Of a DNA stretch of 64,000 nt, positions 25,776-39,444 are shown piece after piece (within the stretch, counting starts at the first letter, position 1; every line of letters starts with the position of its first letter). The notes beneath the pieces were generated by a model. That model saw only the letters and a list, made by a program, of their open reading frames with translations, did no database searches and was not told the DNA's origin. The translations under genes were made by a program, and so were the position numbers. The stretch lies in NCBI GenBank assembly GCA_951406725.2, contig OX597842.1, positions 1,860,001 to 1,924,000 of the forward strand, in the 5' to 3' direction. The DNA is from Octopus vulgaris (lineage: Eukaryota).

Positions 25776-27829
25776 ATTTCTTTAATACCCACAAGGGGCC
25801 AAACACAGAGGGGCCAAACAAGGACAAAGGGATTTAGTCTTTTACATCGACCCCAGTGCGTAACTGGTACTTAATCTAGCGACCTCGATGATGATGATGA
25901 TGATGGTGATGGCATTGATGACAATGGAGGTGGTGGTGGGGATGAGCATGATGATGGGGATAATAATGATGGTGGTGATGGTTTTGGTTGTGGTAGTGTT
26001 GGTGGTGGTGGTGAACATGATGATGATAGCATGGTGTTGGTAAAGATGATTGTGATGATGGTGGTTATAATGGTTATGTACGTGATGATGATGGTAATGA
26101 CTGATGATGATGATGTGATGATGCTGATGATGATGACGATGGTTATGAAGGTGATGGTGGTGATGATGATGATGATGATGATGATGATGACGATGGTTAT
26201 GAAGGTGATGGTGGTGATGATGATGATGATGATGATGATGCTGATGATGACGATGGTTATGAAGGTGATGGTGGTGAAGATGATGATGATGATGATGATG
26301 ATGTTGATGATGACGATGGTTATAAAGGTGATGGGGGTGATGATGATGATGATGATGATAACGATGGTTATGAAGGTGATGGTGGTGATGATGATGATGA
26401 TGATGATGACGATGGTTATGAAGGTGATGGTGGTGAAGATGATGATGATGACGATGGTTATGAAGGTGATGTTGGTGAAGATGGTGATAATGGTGAAGAT
26501 AATGATGTTGATGGTTGTAATGATGATGGTGATGGTTATGATGGTGATGAAGCTGAAGATGGTTGTGATGATGATTTTGGTGATGGTGTAGATGATGATG
26601 AGGGAACAATGACAACAACATGGTGGCTGTGGTGCTGCTGATGACGTTGACGACCAGGGTGATGATGATGATGATGATGGTAGCGGAAAAGATGAAGTAA
26701 CAATGATGATGATGATGATGATGTTGTTGTTGTTGTTGATGATGGTGGTGGTGGAAAAGATGAAGTAACAATGATGATGATGATGATGATGACAGTGGGG
26801 GTCAGTGTTGTTGTTGTTGTTGTCATTCCATTATGTTTCCACATATCTCCAGGTTCTCTAAAGTGCAAAAATAATTACACACCTGCTTTATAATATCTCC
26901 CTCTTCCCACCAACCCACCCCTCTCTCTCCTCCCTCTCTCTTTGTCTGTCTGTCTGTCTGTCAGTAGCACTCTGGCATCTCTCTCTATTCCTCTCTCTCT
27001 CCCTCCCTCTCTGTCTCTTTGTGTTCTCTCTCTCTATCCATGTATCTCAGTGTTGCTCCTGTATCTTTCTCTCTTTCTGTCACTCCCTCTCTCCTTCTTT
27101 CACTCTTCTTCCTCCTCTCTCTCCACTTTCCCCCTTTCTCTCCTCTCTCTCCACTTTCCCCCTTTCTCTCCTCTCCTTTCTCTCTACAGCTTCTGTCTCC
27201 CTCTCTCCTTTCTCTCTCCCCCTCTCTCTCCAGTTTCCCCCTTTCTCTCACCTTCTCTCCTTTCTCTCTCCCTCTCTCCTTTCTCTCTCCCTTCTTGCCC
27301 TCTTCCTCTCCCTCCCTCTCCTTCATTTTCTCCCCTTCGATCCCTTTGTGCCTTTCTCTGTGCCTTGGTGGTACTGCAATATCTCTTTCTTTCTCCCTCT
27401 TCTCTCTCCCACCTATCTCTCTCCCTCTCCCCTCTCCTCCCCTCCTTTCTCCATCCCCACCTATTCCCCCCTCTCTCGTGTGTAACTGGCAGTATCACAT
27501 TTCTCATCATGAACAAACACTTTATCTATGATCACCATTATCATCACCACCATCATTACCATCATTATAATCATCATCATCACTGTCACCAAGACATCAT
27601 CATCATCATAGCATCTGCTTTTCCATGCCTCCATGGATTATACGGAGGTTACTGAGCCATGACTGGACGCCCTTCCTATCACTAACACTCAGCTGTTTCC
27701 AAGGGAGCTAATATTTTCCCCATGACCAGATATACTTTTATGAAAGACGAGAAATAATGGATACTGCTTATATAACAAGGACACTCGTTTACGATTGTCC
27801 AATAATAAATATCATGGCAAAGAGAGAGC

Positions 27830-27865
<36 letters not shown>

Positions 27866-27866
27866 C

Positions 27867-28935
27867 ATGAATACACCTCTTAGTGTCTCTTTTGCTGAAG
27901 TGCTAAGTCAAGGGGGATGTAAACAAACCATCACCAGCTGTCAAGGAATGCTAGGGAACAAACACACACACACATACATACACACACACACACATACATA
28001 CACCTGTATGAATATACCTCTTAGTGTCTCTTTTGCTGAAGTGCTAAGTCAAGGGGGATGTAAACAAACCATCACCAGCTGTCAAGGAATGGTAGGGAAC
28101 AAACACACACACACATACATACACACACACACACATACATACACCTGTATGAATATACCTCTTAGTGTCTCTTTTGCTGAAGTGCTAAGTCAAGGGGGAT
28201 GTAAACAAACCATCACCAGCTGTCAAGGAATGGTAGGGAACAAACACACACACACACTCATACACATACTCACACACACGCATGCATCACTTATTGTTCA
28301 TCTTTTACTTGCTTCAGTCATTAGACTGTGTGTGGCCATGCTGGGGCACCCTCTTGAAGAGGTTTTAGTCGAATGAATCGAGCCCAGTACTTATTATTTA
28401 TTTTTAAAGCCTGCTACTTACTCCATCAGTCTCTTTCTCAGAACTGTTGAGTCAAAGGGACAGAAACAAACAAACACCGGTTGTCAGTCAGCGGTGGGAC
28501 ACAAACACACACACACACACACACACACATACATACACACATGCACATGCACATGCAACTATGCATCTCTTATTGTTTATCTCTTGTTTCAGTCACCCGA
28601 CTGCGACCATGCTGGAGCATCGCCTTGAAGAGTTTTTAAACGAATGAGTTGACCCCAGCACTTTTTTTTTTGTCAATCTCTTTTGCAGAGCTGCTAATTC
28701 AAGGGGACACAAACAAACCCACACTCAATTGTCAAACGGTGGTAGGGAAAACACACACACACATATACAATACACGATGGGCTTCGTTCAGTTTCTGTCC
28801 TCCAAATCCATTCACAAGATTTTCTTAGCCTAAGGCTATAACAAAAAACACTTGACCAAGGTGCCATACTGTAGGATTGAACTCAAAAAATTTGTAGTTG
28901 GGAAGCAAACATCCTACCACACAGCCATGCCCATT
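27867..28935 (-). mobile_element. Cluster of degenerate family A pieces, including a 3 x 141-bp tandem duplication (27867, 28008, 28149)
   Basis: Near-identical units; similarity to the family A 3' half. Confidence 0.75.
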
Positions 28936-29273
28936 TGTGTGTGTGTGTGGGTGGGGGGGGTTAAATACACATGTTTATTTTTGTATTTGTGTAACATTTG
29001 TCCCACCCTGTCACTGCTTAACATTCCCTGCTGGTTTGTTTCTGTCCCTGTAACTTTGCAGTACAACAAAAGAGATCAATAGAATATGAGAACCGATGAT
29101 CAAAGATGTCCTAGCTGTGACCATCCCAACTTTTCTTTTGACGTAGTATATCTTGGACTACCATTTTGTGATATGGAGAAGATTTGGCTGCTGTTTCTAC
29201 TAGATTGAGTGACCACCTTGAGAACCTCTCATTAGTCTGTGTATATACATTGTTTGTGTGTGTTTTTCTTGAG

Positions 29274-29305
<32 letters not shown>

Positions 29306-29592
29306 TGTATGTATATATATGTATACATATGAATGTATGTATATATATGTATATATATATATGTATGTATGTATGTATGTATATGTATGTATGTATGTAT
29401 GTGTATATATATATGTATGTATATATATATGTAAACACGTGTTTATGTATGCATGATTGTGTGTTTATGCGTACATATGCACACTTATATACATGTGTAT
29501 ATACACATACACATACAGTCACACAATATACACACACAGACAAATAAAATGTGTAGATATGTGTGTTTGTGTGTGCGTGTATATATATATAT

Positions 29593-29635
<43 letters not shown>

Positions 29636-30171
29636 TATACATACACACACACATATATATATATTCATATGTCTGTACATTAATGTGTGTTTTTGTGTAT
29701 ATACATGTGTTTGTCCATATGCATGTGTATACGTGTGTGTGTGTGTGTGCGTATGTATGTGTTTGTATATGTTTGTGTATGTATATATATATGTGTCTGT
29801 ATATGTGTGTGTCTATGTATATATGTATCTACATATATAATAATGTATACAAAGATGTATACACATACATAGACACACACACACACCCATCTAATTATTA
29901 TTTTGTCTAACTGTCATCCGCATGAGTACCTCTCTGTGATAATTATAATTAAATCGTTGTCGTCTGGCTAATGATTTCACTCATCACATACTGTAAGATG
30001 TACACAGCTCTAGATTCACACTGGGCCACATACAATAATAATGTTTATAATAATAATAATAATAATGTTAATAATGATAATAATAATGTTAATAATAATA
30101 ATAAATAATAACAATAATGTTAATAATAATAATAAATAATAACAATAATGTTAATAATAATAATGTTAATG

Positions 30172-30213
<42 letters not shown>

Positions 30214-30240
30214 TTAATAATATTAATAATAATGTTGATG

Positions 30241-30271
<31 letters not shown>

Positions 30272-30423
30272 TGATGATGTTAATAATATTAATATAATGA
30301 TGATGATAATAATAATAATAATTATAATATAATAATAATGTTAATAATAATGATAATAATAATGTTAATAATAATGTTAATAATAATAATAATAATGACA
30401 ATAATAATAATAATAATAATAAT

Positions 30424-30903
30424 AATATTGGTATAAAAGATGGGCTACAGCAAATATTCTGCTCAATACCACAGATTTGCTTGTCAGTTGTTTGACCTTA
30501 ACCAGTTGAGCATGTCCCCTAGTGGCTGACGATATGTGCATCTCTGATCACGAGCAGAAGTAGTGGGGGAGCATCATAGCCATGTGTTGAGAGGGATGCT
30601 TTGGGGTTTGAATAGTTCACCTCTGGAAACATGGGTGGTTCTTTCAACATCCTTAAACAACCCTTATTCGGGGACCGTTTGAGCGGGATGGGCTACTCAA
30701 CCTGAAGAAAATTCAAACTGGGCCCCACCTGCAAGGTCATGTGCTGTTTATCTTGATATGAGATCACCATGTCGCGCACATATGGTTGTGATGCATGTGC
30801 CTGGTGTACCTTTATCAGACGGGTAGTCATGATGGGTATATTGGGCTTCGTATATTTTACCCCAGTGTCACTTTGATGGCATGAACTGCTCTCTCACTCA
30901 ATG
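30424..30903. mobile_element. Non-coding ~480-bp element inserted in an (AAT)n tract
   Basis: Sharp compositional boundaries with (AAT)n on both sides; no ORF or TIR. Confidence 0.55.
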
Positions 30904-31484
30904 ATAATAATGTTAATAATAATAATAATTATAATAATATTAATAATAATAATAATAATAATTATGATGATGATGATGATGATAATGTTAATCCTTTCTA
31001 CTATAGCCACAAAGGGCTGAAATATTGTGGGAGTAGTCTAGTGAATTACATCAGCCCCAGTGCTCCTCTGATACATATTTCATTGACCCCTAAATGATGG
31101 AAAGTACAGGAAACCTCAATAGAATTTCAACTTAGAACATAAACCCAAATAAAATGCTTGGCAGTATTTTTCCCCCAGTTTGCTAATGATTCTATGAACT
31201 GACCATCTTAGAATTGTAATAATTTGTAGTGAAACGGTTCACCAGTGTAATGGTTGTAGGTTTTTTCACCAATTTAATAATTTTAAATGTTTGTAACAAA
31301 GCTGGTTGTTGCGTGTTTGAATGTAAAAGTGTCCTGCTATAAGTTGGAAATACTTGTATGTAGAAATAAATGTCAGAACGGTTTGTTAATAAAGCATAGT
31401 AATTTATTTGGGATTGTTGACAAATATTGTGAGATATTGACAAATATCTTAGGAATGAGAACCCAGGTTTGAAATTTCCCCAAG

Positions 31485-31528
31485 ACACCTGATGAAGGCT
31501 GGAGGGTATATCAGCCAAAATGTTGTGT
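31485..31528 (+). ncRNA. Degenerate hammerhead (G12A)
   Basis: acac-CTGATGA-a-ggctg...cagcc-AAAA-tg-TT-gtgt. Confidence 0.55.
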
Positions 31529-31597
31529 TAATAACAAACAAGATGAGGACAAATATCCGTCAAATAGTTTGTAGGAAAATTTGAGACCACAGCAAAC

Positions 31598-31815
31598 TTA
31601 AAATGCGTGAATCTGAGAATTGAAAGCAGTAATGTCAGAATGCAGTTAGACATGGGAAGTGACATCACAATCCTAAATGAGAAATCATGGGAACAAACGG
31701 GTAAACCAGAATTATGGAGTCCAAATAAAATAGCTTATGGTGTTACAGGAAGAAAATTATATTTTATGGGCAGACACGTTTGTAATGTAATGTCCAAAGG
31801 TCAAACAGAAGCACA
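31598..31815 (+). pseudogene. Ty3/Gypsy aspartic protease fragment
   Basis: VRMQLDMGSDITILNEKSWEQTGKPEL (cf. LDTGSDITII...W...GKP.L); isolated, no LTRs seen. Confidence 0.8.
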
Positions 31816-31858
31816 AAAACAGAAGCAATGATTGCTACCAAAAGAAAATCCAACACCT

Positions 31859-32063
31859 ATTTTCATTTTTCTCCACTGCCCACAAAGGGCTAAACATAGA
31901 GGGGACAAACAAGGACAAACAAAGGGATTAAGTCGATTACATTGACCCCAGTGTGTAACTGGTACTTAATTTATCGACCCTGAAAGGATGAAAGGCAAAG
32001 TTGACCTCGGCAGAATTTGAACTCAGAATGTAACCACAGACAAAATACCACTAAGTATTTCAC
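31859..32063 (-). mobile_element. SINE family C (others at 25773-25885 and 30990-31190)
   Basis: Reverse complement of the family C core and tail. Confidence 0.8.
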
Positions 32064-33279
32064 CTATCACACACTCAGTACATCATGGTTCACCTGTCAC
32101 ACTCTCAGTACATCGCGGTTCACCTATCCCACACTAAATACTTCACAGCTCACCTATCACACACTCAGTACATTGAGGATTTTTGTGGCTAATATATGTA
32201 AATTTACATCGTGGACTCCTCAGTATAACATAGGTTTCTGCAGATGATAGGTATTTATACATTTTTAGATTTTAATTATTTCTGTGAGAGGTTTTGGAAC
32301 ATAACACCCACGATAGTCGAGGGATTACTGCATAAGTAATACAATTGTTTAACTAATTCAAGCTTAGAAAATCTGACATAAAAACAGAACTATTGAATCA
32401 TACACACATATTTATATATAAATTGTTCAGCTCCGGGTTGTTATTTCCCTTGCCAACAAATGGTCCACTTGCTTTGAAGCTATATGGAGTAAGAGACCCT
32501 TTAAATAAAATAAACGGGTAAGGGATTGAGATGAGAAGGGCATCCAGCCATGAAACAAGGCATTGATAATATACTCACCTAACCCATGGTGGCGCAGAAA
32601 AACAGATGTAAAAAAATGAAACAATCACACACGAACACACACACACACACACACACAAAAGCGCACATGTGCACACATGCACATATTTGAAAAACAAATG
32701 AGAGTTGGTGTTAAGAAAGGCATTCAGTTGTAAAGTTCTATCTGAATTATATACTCATCTAACCTATGCTATCATGGAAAAACAGATGTAAAACCTAAGA
32801 AAAGGCACACACACACAAATGGAGACACACATACACTCCTTTCAAAAACAGGTGAGAGTTGGTGACAGGAAAGGTATCCAGTTGTAGTGTCTAAATTATA
32901 TACTTCTATAACAGGTGCTACCATAGAAAAAATGGACTTAAAAACTAACAAATGGAGTACATACAAGCATGCACACAAATGTAAACACCCATATATACAT
33001 TTGAAAAACAGGTGAGTGTTGCTGACAGGAAAAGCTTTGGATTTCAAAATATTGTTGAGTTAAGCACTCATCTAACCTATGCCACCAAAGAAAAATGGAT
33101 GTAAAAGCTGACATATGACATGCACACACGCAAATGTATGCACCCATGCACTTATTTGCAAAGAATTCTAGATATTACTCTATTATCAACTTGCATACGG
33201 TTAGGATTGTTTTTTTTCCAACACAAAAAATCTCTTAGAAATTATCTCCTCGCATAATATATCTTTTTATTATATACAC

Positions 33280-33577
33280 CCATTTCAAGCCTAGCCAGGC
33301 ACGTGGGCCCAGTTTCCCTGTCTCTATGGCGTATGTGTTCCCCCCAGCTGGACAGGACGCCAGTCCATCGCAGTGTTACTCAAGAAACAGGAAGAAAGAG
33401 TGAGAGAAAGTTGGGGCAAAAGAGTACAACAGGGGTCACCACTACCCCCTGCTGGAGCCTCGTGGAGCTTTAGGTGTTTTCAATCAATAAACACACATAA
33501 TGCTTGGTCTGGGAATAGAAACCGCGATCCTCTGACCGCAAGTCTGCTGCCCTAACCACTGGGCCATTGCGCCTCCC
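33280..33577 (-). mobile_element. SINE family B, tail type 2
   Basis: Same head as B1, 3' half ctgcgatggactggcgtcc...; matches the 51661 copy. Confidence 0.8.
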
Positions 33578-34387
33578 ACATAATATTAGTTTGTTAAATA
33601 TGAATCAATTGACTAGTACTAACATTAATTTAGCTAATACCATCCATTCCCCTAGAAATATTAATAACAAGGTTATTGTCTCTGAAGTCAATTCCAACAG
33701 AATTAAGTTTTTGTCTAGTAATTCTAAGATTAAAAACTCTATATACCAGTGTAAAATTACTTCAGGTACTGATGTCTTTTTTTTATATAGGTAGTTCTTC
33801 TTCTCAGTTATCTAAAAGAATTTCTAATCATTACTCTACATTTAGGGATGGTAATAAATATAACAGGGCTTAGTAAATTAATATGGTACCTAAAAGATCA
33901 TAATAAACAATTTAGTTTAGATTGGTTGATTCTTTCCTTTTCATTCCCTTATGATAAAGGCAAGGAATTTTGTCATCTCTGTAACTGAACTATTTTTTAT
34001 TCTTTTTTCTAAAAACTCCTTCTAGACATGGTTATAGAGCATGCTTATCGATGTAAACATTGGCAGAAACATACCTTTAGTTCATATTAGTGATACCTAC
34101 CATTATATATAATTTAAACATTGATTTTCTTCTTACATTTCACTTCCACTAGACATATTTTTTCCGAGACTTTAGGCTTTTATTTAATTAACATATCATT
34201 CTATATTTCTCATTTATTTGGTTTCTGCTTTTTTTTTCATTTCCTTTAACCCTCCTCTTTCTATAGGCTACCTTTGATGATATATCCTCTAACGTTTTTA
34301 AAAAAAACTTAATAGCGTTCAGTTCATCACTATACATATCCATCATATTCTATTAAGATGTCTTATTGACGAGTTTCATTTCTTCAT

Positions 34388-34470
34388 TTCCCTGAAGAGA
34401 AGATTACATTGTTTTACACCAATTTATTCCTTTGGAATAATACCCATGATGTCTTCAAAACGTGTCGGAA
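34388..34470 (+). ncRNA. Degenerate hammerhead (G12A) at the end of an AT-rich PLE-like remnant (~33580-34510) that ends in (TA)n
   Basis: ttcc-CTGAAGA-gaaga...tcttc-AAAA-cgtg-TC-ggaa. Confidence 0.6.
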
Positions 34471-34529
34471 GTAAAAGAATTTCAATAACACCTGCGTTTA
34501 ACTTCATTTATATATATATATATATATAT

Positions 34530-34965
34530 ATCATCATCATCATCATCATCGTTTAACGTCCTCTTTCCATGTTAGCATGGGTTGGACGATTTTGACTGAG
34601 GGCTGGTGAACCAGATGATTGCACCAGTCTCCAATCTTGATTTGGCAGAGTTTCTACAGCTGGATGCCCTTCCTAACGCCAACCACTCCAAGAGTGTAGT
34701 GGATGCCTTTTATGTGCCACCGGCACGGGGGCCAGTCAAGCGGTACTGGCAATGACCTCGCTTGAATCCTTTTACACATGCCACCAGCACAGGTGCCAGT
34801 AAGGCGACGTTGGTAACGATCACGCTCGAATGGTGCCCTTTTATGTGCCACTGGCATGGAAGCCAGTTGGCTGCTCTGGCAATCATCACACTCGGATGGT
34901 GCTCTTGGCATCCTATAAGCATGGGCACAAGTGCCAGTAAGGCAACGCTGGGAATGATCATGCTC
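34530..34965 (-). mobile_element. Family D (RTE-related non-autonomous) retroposon; others at 40900-41098, 43177-43495, 43900-44170, 44545-44872
   Basis: (cat)n-gtttaacgtcc..ccatgctagcatgggttggac..ctacagctggatgcccttcctaacgccaacc. Confidence 0.8.
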
Positions 34966-35886
34966 GTATGTATATGTTTATGTGTCTGTGTTTGTCCCCA
35001 CCAACATCACTTGACAACTGATGTCGGTGTTTACATCCCCCGTAACTTAGCAGTTCAGAAAGAAAGACTGATAGAATAAGCACCTATACGCATGACAGCT
35101 GAGATTTAAATACTCTGCAGAATACTCTCTGAAAAATATACTCATCTGACCCGTGCTACCATAGCAAACAGGAGTTAAAACGAACGTATGAAACAGATAC
35201 ATTTACAAACACACACACAGACAGATGTTCATACCTATAAACACATTTGAAAAACAGGTGAGAGTTGGTGATAGGAAAGGCACCCAGCTGCAAAGTACTG
35301 TCTGAAATGTATATACTCCACTAACCCATGCTACCATTGAAAAACAGACGTCAAACCTAACAAACGAAACACAACCGTCCCCACTCTGCCCCACACACAA
35401 AGAGACGCACAAATATCTATTTCTGTATTATATTTTTAATTTAACGGTCTGGCTTTCTGTTAGGGGATGGCACTGGTTTTGAGGGGTATGTGTTTGTGAG
35501 TGGTGGGTGGGGTTGGGGGGGGGAGAAATGTCTGATGTGATTCGTTGAAATATTATTTATTTTGTCACGGACTTCCTATCGATTTCAAGATTTGTATTTA
35601 TTTATTTATATAATTTTTGTTTTTACTGTATTGTTTTATTTTCTTCATTTTTGGAATTGTTTTATTCTGGTATCTATATTCCACCCCATTGCTGCTGCGT
35701 ATAAGTGTGTGTATATATGTAGGCACATGCATCCATGTGTTAGTGTGTATGTGTGTGTGTGTTTGTGTGTGTATGCATACATGTATTCACACAGAATATA
35801 TATATATATATATTCTGTGTGAATATTTATATATTTACACATATATATATATTCACACATATATATAAATATAAGTAGCTATATGT

Positions 35887-35927
<41 letters not shown>

Positions 35928-36210
35928 TATGTATATATATATATATATAGGTATGTGCATATATATTATATACCTATATATAATATTAGGTAAATATACA
36001 AGTATATGTGTAATATACAAACTTACATATGTATATATGTTTTATATATGTATGTATGTGTATATATATGTTTATACATATGTATAGATGTATATATATT
36101 TATGTATATATGTACATGTGTGTGTATATATATACATATATATAGGTATATATGTATACATAAATATGTATATACGTATGTATATGTACGTATGTACATA
36201 TATATGTGTG

Positions 36211-36244
<34 letters not shown>

Positions 36245-36328
36245 GGTATATATATATACATATATAGGTATATATATATGTGTATATGTATATATATATA
36301 GGTATATATACATGTGTGTGTGTGTATG

Positions 36329-36359
<31 letters not shown>

Positions 36360-36363
36360 ATAT

Positions 36364-36402
<39 letters not shown>

Positions 36403-36530
36403 ATGTACATGTATATGTGTGTGTATATATGTATGTCTCTATGTGTGTGTGTGTGTGTTTATATATACATGTGTCATTGTGTGTGTATGTGTGTATATAT
36501 ATATATACAGTCGGAATTCGGCTCACTCAC

Positions 36531-36589
36531 TTCATTAACTTCGATGTGGATATTAGACGAATCATGAAATTAGATGATTCAGTCACCAT
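36531..36589 (-). CDS. Candidate alternative first coding exon MVTESSNFMIRLISTSKLM
   Basis: gacATGG start, open to GAA|gtgagt donor in phase 2; unique island between microsatellites. Confidence 0.3.
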
Positions 36590-36605
36590 GTCAGATATAA
36601 ATAGA

Positions 36606-36668
<63 letters not shown>

Positions 36669-36929
36669 AAGAGGTGAGGAAGAAGAGAGTGAAAAAAAAG
36701 AGGGGTAGGACGATGATGGTAGAAGGGATGGAGGGAGAATGGGAAGGGGATGATCGTGCGGATGAGTAAAAGTGGACTAGAAGAGGTCTAAGTAGAAGAT
36801 GGAAGAGGAAGAAATGCGTAGGGAATTCTTGAGTGGACAGAGGTAAACAGCCAAATTGTGTGCAAACTTTGCAAGTAATTCACTGATAATTATACACATG
36901 TGCAAGCGTACGTACACACACAAGCATTG

Positions 36930-37945
36930 ATCATGGGTTTGCTGGATCGGGACTGACCCGGGGCTAAAAAATATCTCCTATAGCCACTGATACTAGTCAC
37001 ATCTGGAACATCTTTGATCATATATCTGGTTGATCAGGACTGCTCTGGGGCTAAAATAAAAACTACGATAACCACCAATACTAACTGCTATACTATACAT
37101 TAGATAATGTTGTCCTAGATACACTATGCCTGAATAAAAGATGGGATGGGATGGGATGATTACAGCTGGAACATCTTTGATCATAGATCTTCTGGACTTG
37201 GACTGACCTGGGGTTAAACAATATCTATAACCACCAATACTAACTGCTATACTATACATTAGATAATGTAGTCCTAGATACACTATGTCTGAATAAAAGA
37301 TGGGATGGTCACAGATGGAACATCTTTGATCATAGGTTGACTGTATTAGGACTGCTCTGGGGTCAAGCTGGCAGAAACGTTAGCACGCTGGGCGAAATGC
37401 TTAGCGGTATTTTGTCTGCCGTTATGTTCTGAGTTCAAATCCGCCGAGGTCGACTTTGCCTTTCATTCTTTCGGGGTTGATAAATTAAGTACCATTTACG
37501 CACTGGGGTCGATGTAATCGCCTTAATCCATTTATCTGTCCTTGTTTGTCCTCTCTGTGTTTGGCACCTTGTGGGTAGTAAAGAAATAGGTATTTTGTCT
37601 GCCGTTACCTTCTGAGTTCAAATTCCGCCGAGGTCGACTTTGCCTTTCATCCTTTCGGGGTCGTTAAATTAAGTACCAGTTATGCACTGGGGTTGATGTA
37701 ATCGACTTAATCCCTTTGTCTGTCCTTGGTTGTTCCCTCTGTGTTTAGCCCCCTGTGGGCAATAAAGAAATAAGGACTGCTGTGGGGTTAAAAAACAACT
37801 ACCATAACCACCAATACTAACTACTATACTATACATTAGATAATGTAGTCCTAGATACACTATGTCTGAATAAAAGATGGAATGGTCACAGATGGAACAT
37901 CGTTGATCATAGATCAGCTGGTTAAGAACTGATCTCAGGCCAAAT
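36930..37945 (+). repeat. ~170-bp tandem repeats of a dispersed element (also 14728-14845), interrupted by SINE C
   Basis: Repeated tacattagataatgtagtcctagatacactatg..ggaacatctttgatcata. Confidence 0.75.
37366..37774 (+). mobile_element. SINE family C, tandem dimer
   Basis: Two head-to-tail copies, the second lacking the 5' end. Confidence 0.85.
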
Positions 37946-38018
37946 AGCAACAACAGCAGCAATCATTAAAAAACCCCTCTCTGTAACTCTATTGATCCTT
38001 TTCACTCTGTCCTTTCAG

Positions 38019-38123
38019 AGTACCCCAGGACCAGCTGAGTACATCATGAAAAGCCAGTTTGATTCAGTCGTGAAACCGGAGACACCGTTTACAGAACATC
38101 CACCATTCTATAGTCAAGCCAAG
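38019..38123 (+). CDS. STPG2: Internal exon of STPG2-like sperm-tail PG-rich (SHIPPO-type) repeat protein: STPGPAEYIMKSQFDSVVKPETPFTEHPPFYSQAK
   Basis: Acceptor ttttcactctgtcctttcag, donor AAG|gtaagt, 105 nt, phase 0/0. Has the PGPxxY motif and a PF-S-x-x-K/R tail, and splices in frame to the 41465 exon. Confidence 0.85.
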
Positions 38124-38526
38124 GTAAGTATTGAACTCACTTATTTTCTTCCCTTATTGACGGCAAATGTGCATGGCCTCATGGTTAGAAGGTTGGACTC
38201 ATGGTCATAACATCAAGGTTTCAATTCCCAACATGAGTGGTGTGCTGTGTTCATGTGCAAACTGTTTTCATTTCACATTGATCCAGTTCATGCAGCTCTT
38301 TACGCTTTTTACTCTTTTACTTGCTTCACTCATTTGACTGTGACCATGCTGGAGCAATTCGACCCCAGGGCTTATTCTTTGTAAGCCTAGTACTTATTAT
38401 ATCTGTCCCTTTTACCGAACTGCTAAGTTACGGGGACGTAAACACACCAGCATCGGTTGTCAAGCGATGTCGGGGTGACAAACACAGATACACAAACATA
38501 TACAAACACACATACATATATATATA

Positions 38527-38697
38527 TATAATCAAAATAAGCAACAAGGATATCCAGAGGTTATGCATTACCTCTGGATATCCATGCTGCTTATTTTGAT
38601 TATAATCACCCCATTTGATTTATATGGATAATACCATACCAAATTCTGGTGCCTTTAACTTAAGTACCATATTCAACTGAATGTAAATTTTACTGAA

Positions 38698-38700
<3 letters not shown>
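38527..38700 (+). mobile_element. PLE-like palindrome-plus-tail remnant
   Basis: Near-perfect palindrome 38527-38604 followed by a ~95-bp tail, flanked by (TA)n. Confidence 0.55.
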
Positions 38701-38741
<41 letters not shown>

Positions 38742-38745
38742 TATA

Positions 38746-39018
38746 CAGTGGTTAGGGCAGCGGACTCACGGTCGTAGGATCGCGGTTTCGATTCCCAGAC
38801 CGGGCGTTGTGAGTGTTTATTGAGCGAAAACACCTAAAAGCTCCACGAGGCTCCGGCAGGGGGTGGTGATCCCTGCTGTACTTTTCACCACAACTTTCTC
38901 TCACTCTTTCTTCTGTTGGCCTGCTCGCTTAGCCAGCGGGGTGGCATCATTCGAAGGCGAAAACAATGCGAAGCGCATTGTGACCAGCGATGTGTAGCAA
39001 CATCTGATGGTCTGGTCG
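38746..39018 (+). mobile_element. SINE family B, tail type 1
   Basis: cagtggttagggcagcggactc...ggtttcgattccc (B box); CpG-rich, looks young. Confidence 0.85.
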
Positions 39019-39444
39019 GAAAAAAAAAATATACATTTATACATATATACGATGGGCTTCTTTCAGTTTCGGTCTACCAAATCCACTCACAAGGCTTTGG
39101 TTGATCCAAAGCTATAGTAGAAGACACTTGTCCAAGGTGCCATACAGTGGGACTGAACCTGGAACCATGTGGTTGGTAGGCAAGCTACTTACCACACAGC
39201 CACTCCTGCACCTATTGAGTTCTGCTTATGAAACTCAAGGCTAAGGACAAACATAACTATATGTCTTTCTCTTCCTTTGTGTGTGTGTGTATATAAAACT
39301 GTACAGTATTATAAATCCTTTATGGCTGATCTCAGCAATTGGTTTCACACTAAGGGTTCAACGGAGTGCTAGATAATAGACTGATTATGTAACCTTGTGC
39401 TCTTCAGAAGTTACCATTATATATATATATATACATACATATAT

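Larger units (their letters stand above)
38297..39212 (-). mobile_element. SINE family A split by nested insertions
   Basis: 3' half 38297-38515 and 5' half ~39045-39212, separated at the internal microsatellite. Confidence 0.8.

Noticed and set aside
30760-30845. Type III hammerhead or HDV-like fold (minus strand)
   Set aside because: Needs G at position 17 plus G8A and A14C; a simple hairpin explains the pairing.
38746-38805. tRNA gene (also other SINE heads)
   Set aside because: A and B boxes only, no full cloverleaf; continues into a multi-copy SINE body.
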